Shown piece by piece: positions 1-13,463 of a stretch of 64,000 bases of DNA (the first letter of the stretch is position 1; every line of letters begins with the position of its first letter). The notes below the pieces were generated by a model, which had not been told where the DNA came from, did no database searches, and saw only the letters and a list, made by a program, of their open reading frames with translations. The position numbers were made by a program, and so were the translations under genes. The DNA is from Magallana gigas (taxonomy: Eukaryota), in assembly GCF_963853765.1 (NCBI RefSeq), contig NC_088859.1, positions 20,956,001-21,020,000 on the forward strand, in the 5' to 3' direction.

Positions 1-59
1 ATTTATTGTATATCTTTAATGGTGCCATCTTTCACATCTGAAGAGTGCCTAATTCTTAC

Positions 60-3000
60 CAATAAGAGGAATAGAAGCAGATGCAGGCGGTGTGGATTCG
101 TTGAGGAGCAAAAGTAACACAAAAAATGCCACAAATATGTTCATACCTAAAAAAAAAAACCAATGATGGTAATTCAGATATTTCACATCGGTTCATATGA
201 AAGGTAAGAAAGGTAATAGATTAACTGAATCAAGCAAATAACACTAAGGGAGGTATGAATAGATCGAACATAAATATTATCTTACTTTGATAGGTAAAAC
301 CGAAGTTCTGTGGTTGATATTTCAATTATTTAGCGTAAATTACAAAGTCTCTTGAACATACCCAATTGCATTTTCGCAGGGGACTCCGGTGGAAGCCAAA
401 AAAGAACCAAGGTCAGCGATGACAACAAAATACAAGGTAGAATCAATATGTAATTATAAAATGCTGGTTTTCTTTTGATCGTGATATTAAACGTGATGTC
501 AACATACGGGGCATCTGGACAGCAAGCGTAAGTAATGACGTTTCTATCAACACCGGAACTCATCACATCCCATTCGTTGCTTTTGACATAGTCTGACAAC
601 TCAAATCCCGTTTTGGAACCGTATAGATCCATCAAGTCGATCTGTCCCCCGTCGTAACTCCAAGTGCTAAATTTCATACGGCAAGTTTGAATATCAAAAG
701 GGAAGTACATAATGTCTATTTTGCACACACTTTTAAATATTGCTTGCGGAATCCATAATACCGTCCCGTCGCTATTAATAACCATGTTGGCGTCTCTTCT
801 TTCTTCCATACGCTCGTCGGCACTGACAAAAAAATAAATAAATGGAAATTAAATTATTTCCATGTAAATGACTTCGTCATCTTTTACCAATCTGTAACCG
901 CTTTGAAAATTGGACTATCTCCACTTCATCTGCATTTGTCAATTTCTATAGAGCAATGTCACGTTATGCTGTGAATGGTAAAGCGATCGCACAACTTTCT
1001 ATGAAATTGTTACAAGTTTACCAAGCTCAGAAGAGATAATATGAATTATTATAGCTGTAGTTGTATGGTTTTCTAGGAACACTTACTAGTTGTAGAGTTT
1101 GATGTCCGGCTCCCATATTGTTCCCTTTGGAACTCGTATCTTTGTGATATTGTCATATTCGGATTCATTCCATCGCATGTAAATGTCCTTCCACTCCTGT
1201 TTCATATGGATGCAAAAAAAAACCATTGTGATATTGCGGAATAAAACCAAATTAATGGTACAAATAATATTGTCAATTAGCAACACGTGATTGATTAGTT
1301 TCTCGCAAAATGATTTCTTTAGAACGATAATTCCTATCCTTAAATTTCATTGTCATACACCGTAGTCTATAGTATAGATTAACCGTTTCTCTGTTTATTA
1401 CTGAGCAAAGGAAGTAAATGTCAAAGGTATTTTGGACGATAATGTGAAGTTATAGTATTCAATTCAAACCGTCTGTGGAATACACAGATTTAAGGAACCA
1501 GCCATTGCTGCCTTCAGAATGTAAACATCAAAACTAAAAACAGGTTAAGTCTTAGGTTACGTGACATTTTGCAAGGGACGTTTAATATTTAATAAATAAA
1601 AACAGCAGTTGAAAAAAAAACAGTCTCCTTGATACTTTTTTGCTTTCTAATGTACATAATTTATATCAGTTAGTTTTCAAAGTTTGATATGATTCTGCTA
1701 AGAGCTGAAAATCCAAAAAAAAGTTAACTTCACTCTTGATAGCTAGTATCTAACGAACAATTGGAACCAACAAAAATTAAATATTAATTTATTTTTTCAA
1801 TTTTTTTACCAATTCTCATATCGACCCCCTTAGTACTCGCTTTTCATAGGAGTTGGAAGAATTCAGCATGCATCTTCAATTGTTTTGTTACTAGAACAAT
1901 ATACGTGACACCCCCTCAGAAACAAGTTTGCATAAAATATTAATGAAGTGTCATGAAATAATACAGTGACAGCCCATCTTACCGCTGCTTTATGAAAAAA
2001 GAGTTTGGTTTTTTAATTAGTCTGCATTGTTGATTTCCTGTCAACCCGTATAGTATATTGCAAACCTGCATCATAAATCTCAATAATTGGAAATTGGAAA
2101 AATTTTGGAAGGTATGAATCGAAACTTCAAACTAAACAACGATGGACCCCATTCAAAATTGATTGTTGATTAATGTGCTGTCTGCTAGATAACTTAGCTT
2201 ATAGTTGCTACTTAAATTAAAAGCATCTGCTGTTAAAAAAAATTTTTTAATACTTTAAGATTCGAACTTTTTAAAACCTTTTTATGCTAGAAAGTTCTCA
2301 GAATATCTATAAACAAAACATTAAATAAAAAAGTAAGGAAATGGCAACATAAAATTCTAAAAGAACCACATGTAGCAATAACAAAACAAACCCAAAATTA
2401 TAGGGTTCCAATTCTAGAAATTATTTTTTTTAAAGATTCATAAGGAAAACATTAAATGATTTTTTAAAATATTTTTTATACCCCTTTTTTAAGGACAAAT
2501 TCCGTTTGAAGTTTTTATTGATTTCGTGTACTTTAAACATTTCATTGTATAATTATGTATCCGTAGTTCGAGTCAGTGAAATAACACTCGTATCATTCAT
2601 ACATACAAGTATATTGTGTCCACCTCTTCTCACCCGGTGAAGTTAAGTGGGAAACTGGTGTTTAAGGGGGATGGTGTTTATTTAATATCTGCTGTTACAG
2701 CTGGGGCTGTTGTTACCGCAATAATGGTCAGGAACAAGAAGGAAACCAGCGAGATGTTCCAATATGTGTGATATTGCTGAAGTTAAATTTCAGCGGGGGA
2801 CTTGGAGTGTTTGGAGAATTTGCGCCATATATAACACGATTTTACCATCTTTCCATTCGGCCAATGAATGCAACCAGTTGGGGAGAACATTGAAATTTTG
2901 TAATAAAATTAAACAGAGCAACGTTTTACAATTTCAGCGCCTTTGCAGCTGACTAATGCATTAAGATTATAAATATAGAAATTGTGGCCAAATTTATTGA

Positions 3001-6000
3001 CAAAATCAACAGACAAGGCCATGCGAAATTGTTATTAAGAACCACGATGACATTCATCTTCTCTTTTAAGGAAAAAATGTGCTTTTAATACATTTTGCAA
3101 AGCAATAATTTTCTTGTTTTCAATTAAATTGCAATTGGCAAAGGCAAATAAAATTGATTTTCTTCTGAACAAAGATTCCGATATCTAAACCCGTCCTATA
3201 AAAATTGCAAGAAATTAACGAAAATCATACGTCGCATACAGCTTACAGCGTACTTATGTATGCAATTTAAAATTCCAAATGACAATCATGTACACGACTT
3301 TGTCGGTGACAATTATATGTATAGGGCCATATATTCCTGGAGACAATCGATGAAGCAATGACGTAATGTCTATAACACAACCACACAATCAATCCAGACA
3401 CTTACATATGTGACCCACACGTTCGTGGTCAGTACTTGGTTCCTTTCGTCCAAGTCCAGGATCTGAATCAGGCTAAGACCAAACTTCACCGTAAGAATCT
3501 CCTGATGGCGTTCGACGGGCCTTCCCATGATGCCTCGCTCCTGGTACTCTGAGAGTAACTTTTTGATCAGAACTTTCTCCGTGGATGTCTGTACCACGTC
3601 TTGGGAAGTAGAAAAAAAAATTAGCGTAAAACACATTATTTAAATATGAACGAAATGCTCAGACCTACTGAGCCGAAGAATTCATGAATATTTACAGCAG
3701 CCGACTAAAAACAATCAGAGAATCTATTCTTAAAACGTCGTTTTGTATTTGACTGTTTATTGGTAAGAGACATACGCTAGAGTTATATTTGGGAAGTAGA
3801 GGATTTCGTGTTATAAATATTAAATACGCAACGAATCTACTTTCGCTGTGATGATAAAAAATTTTAACTGAATTTTTCTTGCTCTATCTTAACGAATTCT
3901 GAAGCACGTCTTAATATCTTCTGTACAGGTTTACTTATAACACCCAGTAATTAAGTCTACATGCAGAGTCTACAGGTGCTTCTTCCAAATAACAGATTGC
4001 AATCGCTATTAATTTCACAGTGGAAGCCGGATAACATCTTATCTTCTCTATTGTACTAGATTTTTGTTGCGCAACGAAACAGCCAATAATATTCATTAAC
4101 AGGTGTGTCATGATTTAAACATGGTCTTTTACGATCTCTATCGCTACCATTTTCTTACGACTAATTGATAACCGATGTACCTATGCGAGCTTCAATCAAT
4201 CAATAAAATCAATCTACGGGTATATAGCTACATATGTTCTTAACTGACATCTCATATTTTTAAAACCTTTCTACTTTTGTTAAAAAAAAAAAAAAAAAAA
4301 AAAAACTCTATCAGTAAATATACAAACAATATCCCATCAGTGAGTGTATATTCATTTTTTTCAACTCGGCAGAAATTTGAATGATAAAATTGGTTTTTTT
4401 TTATCAAAAATAAATTTCTAAAATGACTAATTCTTTGAATAAACTCACAACAGTGGTGTGCATGGAAAAAGGAATGCACTTAAAACAGAATTTTAAAAGA
4501 TATAATGAAAGGAAAGAGGAAGGTAAATTTTATATGCATGCTTAAATTTTTAAAATAGGAAAGCGAAATAAAAGAATGGTTATAATAGATACTGTCTGAA
4601 TGACGTCAATACGCATAGAAGAAATGCACTGACAGAAAAATGGTTTTGTATTTCAGTTTAAGGTTGCTGCATGAGTTGAATTAAGACAATGCAGACTTTA
4701 AAAGTCGCATATCCTCATTTTCAGCAAACGGTTGATAGAAATATTGAAAGGAAAGCTTCACTGTACATTATTAAAATATTTGCAACTTTTATATGGAAAA
4801 ATAACTCATCTGGCAAATAACCCTCCTCTTTTTGCATAAGAAAACCAAATGAACATTAGCAGATAGCACAAACTATGCATTACTCATCACACATATTCAA
4901 ACGCAGAGACAATAAACCTAATCATGGAGGGGTTTTTTGTGTCTTCATTGAAATATAATATCAGCAAAAATTAAAATAACTACGTGTTGACAAGAGCTTT
5001 GTGTCGAAAGGAAACAACAAATAATTAATTCCAGGAGTAGTAAAATTCTGTGATATGATCTCAGACTTAATAACAACAACATATCAATATTGTATGATAT
5101 AAGACAAATAGAAAACACTGGATGACTAGTCAGTTATTAACAAAACCCATGGCAATAAACGCCCTATGCGTTAATTACGTAAATGTTAAGAACAAATTAC
5201 TTATTAATTTTGCTAATTCGAAATCGATATACTCGGACATTTTTATCTATTTGTAATTACATGTATTGATATTAATTTTCATATCAAAATTAATACTTTG
5301 TGACAAATTGTAGTTAATTCAATTTTTGTTACATTTGCTTGAGTACTTGGCTTAACTTATGAAGAAGTGAAATGTAAATATAGTATATTATCAATGAGTC
5401 CTGTAAAGTGAAAATTGTCATCATATCAACTTACAGACATTGATGGAAATATAAATAGACCAACTTCATTAAGATTTCAACGGTAAACGCAGTATTGCTA
5501 CGAGTGTAATTTTCTCACAATTTAAGCGTGGGTGTCAAATAAGAAAACAATGTCAAAAGTACAATTTCAGTGTTATTTTGTCGTACATAATTCTAAATAA
5601 GTAATGTATTATGTAAATAACGAGATCTATTACAAAGTGTAACAGCTTGAATTCTTTTGAAAGTTGATCATAAAACAAGACAAATCTATTACAGATACAG
5701 TTTCTAAATAATTTTATGCAGATTTATTCAAGTGGTGATGTTAAATGTTTGTTCTGCGAACAAAAGCTTTTTCAGCAGCCAAGTCACAGATGTGCTCAGC
5801 TGAAGTTATTATCTATCTATCTCAATTCTCATCTCCAAACATAGTTAGACAATTAAGTGTAACAAACATTAAGAGTTACATTCTGATATTGATTATTAGT
5901 TTTTATACTCGATGAATTATTTGACTAAAATCGCACGCTTATGGCGTAACTAAGATTGTTTTTATATAGAAAATACCCTCTTATGACGTTATAATTAGTC

Positions 6001-6832
6001 TAGATAAAATATAAACCCTTTATTAATTGAAAGAAATTTCAAGACTTTCTCCCCTCTATTAACTTTAAATAAGAATTCAGTAAATGGCAAAAAATTGCAA
6101 TAAAAATGTCGTAAAAGGTTGAAAAACGTGTAATACACTTTCATTTCTATTATAATATGTAACCATGAAAACTAACTATCCAACCTTTAAACATATAATA
6201 TTTAAAATAAAATCTTTATCTCCATTATTTACTTCTTTGGGCTACAAAACAATTCAAATTTGATCTCTTTGTATCATCAATGAAACGATATAAATTGCAT
6301 TTAATTTATCTACACCAAAAACTTATACATCTTATTAATCTTGGATCTACACTTTACAAGTCTGTGAAGGGGTGTTTCCTGTGAAGCAGCTTTGTATTAA
6401 TTCTGAAGAAACTTGAAAGTCTAGCTTGCTCTGTATATTATCTTACAATCAATGGTTAACAGATAAAAGAACATGCACGAAAAAAAGGTTTTACTATAAA
6501 CTGTGTAGTATATATTATTTCAGTGCAGTGAATGTTGGATATCTCTGAGGACTCCAAATGAATTGTTGTTTTTTCTCTCTCTCGGTTAATTAACTAAAAG
6601 ACTATGGTCCTATCAATCAATCAATCATATATATACTATATCAAAGTGACATTAATTGAAGTGAAAGCTATATTATATTAGAGTCCTAGTTTTAAAGCCT
6701 TTTGAAGTATATTCTGCAGGGATAAACAACACACATGCAACCTTATGAGTCCTTTGGCCTCCTACCTCGTGCATGACAATTTTGCCATGTGAAAACCGTC
6801 GTCAAATGTAAAATGATCAGCAACCAATCCAT
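60..6832 (-). CDS. Nicotinic acetylcholine receptor alpha subunit, anion-selective molluscan type; 5' partial gene (continues beyond window start). Exons 6766-6832, 3406-3599, 1087-1196, 362-822, 60-146
   Basis: Spliced in frame with GT-AG sites: signal peptide MDWLLIILHLTTVFTWQNCHAR|D; VVQTSTEKVLIKKLL...VWVTY; EWKD...WEPDIKLYN|Y (loop A); Cys-loop CKIDIMYFPFDIQTC (C-x13-C); loop B STWSYDG; loop C YACCPDAPY with vicinal Cys (alpha type); M1 AFYNYILILPCILLSSLTLVLFWL; M2 PAKMQLGMNIFVAFFVLLLLLNE. Exon phases 1,0,2,1,1 all match. Confidence 0.95.
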
Positions 6833-9800
6833 CTTGTAGAGCGACTAAAGTCGATCTGTTTTGACATATAGAGTGACATCATATTAGAATACGTCATCAC
6901 TAATTAATAGAATTCCAGCATTGATAGATTCACTAGATATTGGTAAAACATGTCTCAACACAGGATAAGTTAATTATCGCCGGCACTTGCAAATAGCATC
7001 AGAATTTAAATCGAAGAGTGTGTTAAGATAATAAGGCATTTTGAAGTTGAACGTTTGTTGCACTTTCGATGAACCTGCTAAAAACCACAGGTATCGATGA
7101 AATATCAGATGATCTCTTAATCTAATGTTAGCTATACCCATCACCTTTAAGATAAAGATCTAAACCTATCTCATAAAATAAATAACATATTTTAGGCAAA
7201 CACATCTGAAAGAAATGAACCGTATCTGCAGGAGGCTTCTATTTTAAAATGTGTTTTTTTTTCAATCCTCTCAAAATATTCAAATATATCTATTTACCTA
7301 GTATCTCTTTCTGGGATAACTACTCCTTCACTTTTAGTCGAATGGAAATTAATAAACATACCCTCGAATCGATGTTTAAATTATAACTACTCTAGTCGCT
7401 GCCCTAGACAAAATATTTACTTTGGTAAGGGTTCTGCATGGATATTCTTTTTTTAATCAGCCATTATATGTTCTGTAGTTATAAAGCAATGTACGAAGCA
7501 GACATACAATGTATCATTATCAGTTTACAAAGATCATCATATATTTTGGCAAAAGATTTTATTGTTTTGCGTCGGTGTATATTCGGAAAAAATAGATATT
7601 TGTTCTCTTCGAAATCAATTATTCGTCTGTAAAACATTAAGGATGTTTAAAAAAAAACCTGTTGTCCTGTGACTTGAAAATAAAATAAAGAAAAAAATCA
7701 GCACCTATTTACCTTCACAAAACAAGATTCTTGATAATCAAAATTTTTTCTCGTTGTTATTCGAATAATCAAAATGTTTTCAAGTTGTGAACAAATTTTC
7801 ATCATCAAGAATCTAAATTTTGATAAATGATTACTTTTATAAGCGTTTGTAGATAGTGTTTGTTTTCTTAAAAAGCAGCTTTGAAATATACTTTAGAGAA
7901 GACTTAAGATGGAAAGAAGGAACAATTGTAAAACTGACGTACATTCAATATTTGGATGTCTGATCAAATATCGAAGAGATAAGGAGGATAGCATTAGCAA
8001 GGTTTTGAACCAATGATAATATTTTATTTAAAAGATAACTTAGTCAATTGAAAAGGTCAAACATGTGTTGGGCTAAAAGTATTTGATACGAAATCGTTAT
8101 AAACGGAAATTTTAGATCTGGGTTTATTTTTCAAAACATGTAAAACTTTTTCAAAATATTGCTAATTTAATTACCAAGAACATCTCTTCTCAGAAACAAA
8201 CATCCCGATTGTACATTAAAATACATGTACACATAAGATAGATACGTGGAAGTAGAGGAGACATTGATAGCAAAGCAGAGATATCCGTTTATTTATGTAT
8301 AGAAGTAAAAACAATATTGGCTAAACATTGTAAAGTTGAGTGCAAAGAAGTAAGATATTTCGAAAGCTCGAAGAAAATCAGGAATTCGTCAAAGTGAGTG
8401 AATAATAGACTCTTGCAAAATCGAAGGACGTACCAAATAAATGCTTATCTGAAATCCTGAATATCAATTCTCTATTTGGTTTTACAATCTAGCAACACAT
8501 TTGTTTTTAACATGGAAGTAATAATTCAGCTATTCACGCTAATATTTCTTTTGAACATCAAAATGGTATCATCGTTATTCCATTCTCAGCCAACGAAGGA
8601 GTTAAAATAAGCATAAAGAAGTACATTCAGGGGAAAAAAAATTATCTTCGTTAGAATGCACTAATGGTCTCTTCTTATCTTTTAAATGGTTTCGAGACTG
8701 ATTTTACATAACACTGTCCTACGACGACCATCATTTACAATGGAATCCGATAAATGACGATTTCGAGCCGTCGAGAGCCATCGAAATAATGTAAATGTTA
8801 ATCTTACACTCTTGACGTAAGAGCAAACAAGACTTATTGGGTTTAATTCTCACCATAATTAAATCCCCAGTCTTTTCGATTAAATTTCACATTGGGTGAT
8901 TAAATTAAAATGTGGAGAAAGGTAAATATCAGTGATTGAACCATAAACCAATCGGATATAGGCAACATGCGTGCACAGGTGTTGAACTTATATCGACATT
9001 ATATTGACATTCTCTGAAGTGGTGCGTCATTTGTGCAAAAGGGGCGTTTGTCTGTTGGTGTACATTAATTATAAGCGTGTAAAACCTGTTGACTTATTAT
9101 TTCATAAGTGAAGATTATGTATTCTTTGATATGTTTACGTTTAAGAACTTGATTTTTGACACGAGATAATCTTGCAGTTATTGATATAACTCGATATACA
9201 ATAATTCATTAATAATTCTAAATCTCTTATGCAAATATTTAACCAATTCGGCTGCATAAAAGGTTTTAAAAGGTACCTCAAAAATACTTAATTTAATTTT
9301 TAATAGTCTATGTTCGTAGCAATCCGAAATATCTTTTGAGGTATTCTTTAAAGTGTTGCTTAACCGCTGATCGAAGAGTTGACATACATATAATTATGTA
9401 TTATCTTGAATAAATAAAATAAAGATTTATCATTTTATTTCCTAATTGATTCTCCAATAAAAAAAAAAAAAAACCAAAGGAAGTTTTTTTTTTTAAAGCA
9501 TCTACCTTCGACATTCATAAATGAAACTGAATGTTAAAAATTATTGATTTTCTCCCGTTCAAAGAATGCAAGATTTCACATGTAACAACAAACGCGTATA
9601 GCAAAAACAGAATATTTGCAAACATGTGATGTCAATTAACATATTTCGAAAGAAAATTAACAACTTACTTATTACGCTTGCAACAATCAAAGAAGTGAAT
9701 AGTGTCCAGACACTGCAACGCATCATAAATTAAGAACTTCGGTGCTTATCCAAAGGGCTCCTTGCACATGTAATGCTGCAAATGAAATGTGTGCTGCGTA

Positions 9801-12800
9801 CCATCGCCTATGAGGCGCGGGATTACAGATCCAAATATTGGTAAATCCTTCTAAAGCCAGTCACGTCCTGTGGGCATTTCAGCTTCACGGATGAAGGCCT
9901 ACAAATTGCACAACGGTGTTTGATTGATGTGTGAAAAATTGAGAAAGGAAATATTATACATATGCACCATGGAAGAATACGGATACGAAAGGAATACTCT
10001 CTTCTATCATTATAGCTTGTCATGAATAGATCCTGTTCAGAAACGGTTGCGAGTATGCTTTCCGAGTTCAAAGAGGCAGATTGAGCGCGCTGTCACTACG
10101 TTCGATTTTTAAATACCAAGCAACTGTCAATGAACTGAAGATGCAGACGGGAAAACGTAAACTGTTAAACGGAAATGTTATATAAACATTTCATTTCATC
10201 ACGTACTTCTCTGCGAATCCTCTTAATTAAATTCCAATTAAAAGCATGTGCATTATAAACATTTACATTCCGTTCTGAGTTTATAAGCTGATAAGGACGT
10301 ACTTTGGCGTAGACAGAGGTTGATCCGAAACGTTTACCTTTTTTATTTTTCCATTATATCATGAATAATAAATTTTCATCGAAGCAAATACTTGTATTTG
10401 TAAAGTTCTACGTGACACGGGAATGAATAGTTAAAAGTTTAGATGTAGGACCTATTGATCAATTTTTTTAATGAGTCGAACAAACACTTATTTAACGGAT
10501 AAAACAAAATGAACGTAAACAATCTAAACGTGTCCATAAATCCTAGAATTAATAGGAACAAAATGGTCGTTTTTGGCCAAATATTTAACACTTTTTATCA
10601 ATACAAAAGATTAACCTGTTCAAACTTTACCGTTTTGGACCATAAAGAATTAAATAGTTTTTAGTACCTAAAAGGTTAGAAATCTACGTTGCATACAAGT
10701 TTTTCTAAAGATTTAAATCGTTGACATATATAAGTACCGAGACTGTGTTCGTAATGCCAGATTATTGTCAAATTGAAATTAAAATTACAAAAGTCAATTG
10801 TGAAACTGGGGTAGCATGAGGACAAACAAGACCTATACCATTAAAATTCCACCCACTTCCCTGAAAGTCTCAGAAATGCACTGTGTTTCAACATCTGGTA
10901 TTTTATACTTTAGTGAAGGTTAAAGTTTACTTAGAAGTTGACCAACATATTTAATATTTATACGAAAAATATCAAATAAGCATGGCATCAGGTTGGAAAT
11001 TAACCTACCGACATATAACGTATTCATAAGGTTTAAAGTCAAAGCAACCGTATTTTTTTCATAAGTTTCCGGAGGGAACGGTTGAAAAGCAGAAAAGGGA
11101 ATTATTGATATGGGGCAATCCTGTCGAAAACAAGGTTTCGGGTACGCCCAATACGATTACTGAAGACACAGACAATTTCGTTATATAACAGGTAAATAAT
11201 GTACAGTTTGCTGTTGAATCATTAAACAGCTGCCACTTCTCTGTAGTCCGATGAGTATTGCAGTGCCTCGAGTTCTCGTAAGTCACCGAATGGTACGTGC
11301 TTGCATACATCGGCAAACTTTGAACGACAACATTTAAAAGAATATACAAAATTGTAAATCGTACGAGAACGGTTCTGTTATACATTACAATGCGCGCAGT
11401 GCATGTCTGTTGTACCTTAGTGCGAAGTTTACGATATGGTCCCTCTCCGATGCGTTATCGCCTTACCGCTCAGTGAACTCCTGTTACATAAAACACTTTG
11501 GTGGAGTGTTCGTGTACAGTGGTTAAGTGCTGTAATTATTCAAAGTAACACAAAGGATAACTCTGATTTTGGGGAATGTGTGCCCTTTGTCGCGAATTAA
11601 CCAAAAATCGCATTTCCTAATTAAATGTCTTCCATCCATTTCTTTGCATAGACTTTGTAATTTACAAAACAAAACAAAAACCCACACAAATCAAACACGA
11701 TATAGCCACAGGCGCCTTTAATTAAGTAATACGACACAAGGGCATATACGAATATAAAAATACAAATTGATTTCATGAAAACATTTCCGAATCGTACATT
11801 GTCTCAATTTAATAAATCTCATAGTTTGCTCTCTCTTGAAAATGGAGTTCTTCTGTGGTATCATCAAACTACGTGTATACAAACTGATGCCATCATTTTA
11901 AAAAGCTTTCCTACCACAGGACTTAATGCAATCGTAAAAAAATATATATTGTTTTCACAATTAAAATCAAGGAAGTGTTGTAAAAGTATAATATTTTTAA
12001 AATCTTAGTAGACTTTTGGCAAATACACATCTCTTCGTTCTTACAGGCATTGCGTTCCAACAAGTTTGATGTGTACATTGTAAATTCCTAAGAGTAAAGT
12101 ATGGAGAGAAGAATCAGGGCTTCACACATAGGCCGTTAGATTTTCGTCTCGACTGGCTTTTTTTCCCCTTTCTCCAGGGAGAAAATGATCAAATGAAGGC
12201 AGGTTTACGGCTTTTCTGATTCACATTTATCTTCTATTAAGTTAAATATAAAGTAATTTGAGATGCGGTGTCATTTCTTAAAAGATGATTTAGTAGGCAT
12301 TTGCAAAATGAATATTTTTAAAATAAATAGTGAATGCCTGTGGCTTTGGTATCTTTTGCGAAACGTGAACGTCTATTCACAGATTTCTCTAACGGGAACA
12401 GACTGAATGAACACAGATTAATCTCATTCGGTCAGAGACAATATGATCCAAAATGTATCTGTGGCCCTTTCTTAATTAAACAAGAGCTATCTATCGATCT
12501 CTCTCCTTTTCGGTGATTTCATAGACCATTTGATTTGAAATGCAAAGTGGTTTGGGCCCAAAGTTTTGTTGGATGTTTACGACCTACCTTTTTTTTTAAA
12601 GGTTTATGTTTTGGATAATGTGTATTAACATATGCAAGTACATTGAATTAAAGTCATGTAATGCCTTTTAGTGAACTTTACAATCACTACTACCCCACGA
12701 GCCGGTTATATTACTATGACACTTAACTTTTGTGCAGCATGACAACGATTTGCTGTCTCTTTAATTTCTTTCTGTCCATCAAAATGAATAAAGCCGAAAT

Positions 12801-12928
12801 GGCGTACTGTTGAAACGCACTGCTAAAAAAACATTATGTCCTGTAACTGTCGTTCTTTAATTGCTTTGAAAAGTCATTTATACCGACAACGTTGACAAAT
12901 TGAAAAAAGAGGAGGACTGACTCTTAAT

Positions 12929-13463
12929 TATGGTAGCAAAGGTCTGCCACCAATTGTCAGATGATTATGTCGACTTGTCAGATATTTATGTCGACTTGTC
13001 AGATATTTATGTCGACTTGTCAGATATTAATGTCGACTTGTCAGATATTTATGTCAGTTTGTCAGATATTTATGTCAGCTTGTCAGATCTATACGTTGAC
13101 TTGTCAGAAAATAATCATTATGACTAGACATTAAGATAATTATGACAAGTTAACATAATTATCTGACAAGTCGACATAGAGATCCGACAAGCTGATATAA
13201 TAATCTGACAGAAAGAAGAAAAAACAAAATGGCCACTAGTTTGAAGAAAATTATCATGTCGACATGTCAGAAACTATTTTGTTTACTTTATAGCACAAAT
13301 TGGGCGTGGAAACGTTTTAGATGTTGAATTTTTAAACCTATAAATAAGTAACAAGTCGACATAAAGATCTGACAAGTCAGCACAACTATCTGATAAGTCG
13401 ACATCAAGATCTAACAAGATGACATAATCATCTGTCAAGTGGTGGCAGAACTATGCCACCATA
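12929..13463. mobile_element. Foldback/MITE-like element with long inverted arms built from a 21-bp tandem unit (TGTCGACTTGTCAGATATTTA)
   Basis: Left end TATGGTAGCAAAGGTCTGCCACCAATTGTCAGATGATTATGTC matches the reverse complement of the right end (TATGGTGGCATAGTTCTGCCACCACTTGACAGATGATTATGTC). About 7 direct 21-bp units at 12955-13110, inverted units at 13130-13210 and 13350-13440. Flanked by CTTAAT on both sides (12923-12928, 13464-13469); alternatively a TA duplication. Confidence 0.85.

Noticed and set aside
12930-13127. 65-aa ORF with YVDLSDI repeats, and the 21-bp array as a possible CRISPR
   Set aside because: It is a by-product of a 21-bp tandem unit within an inverted-repeat element; there are no unique spacers and no cas genes.
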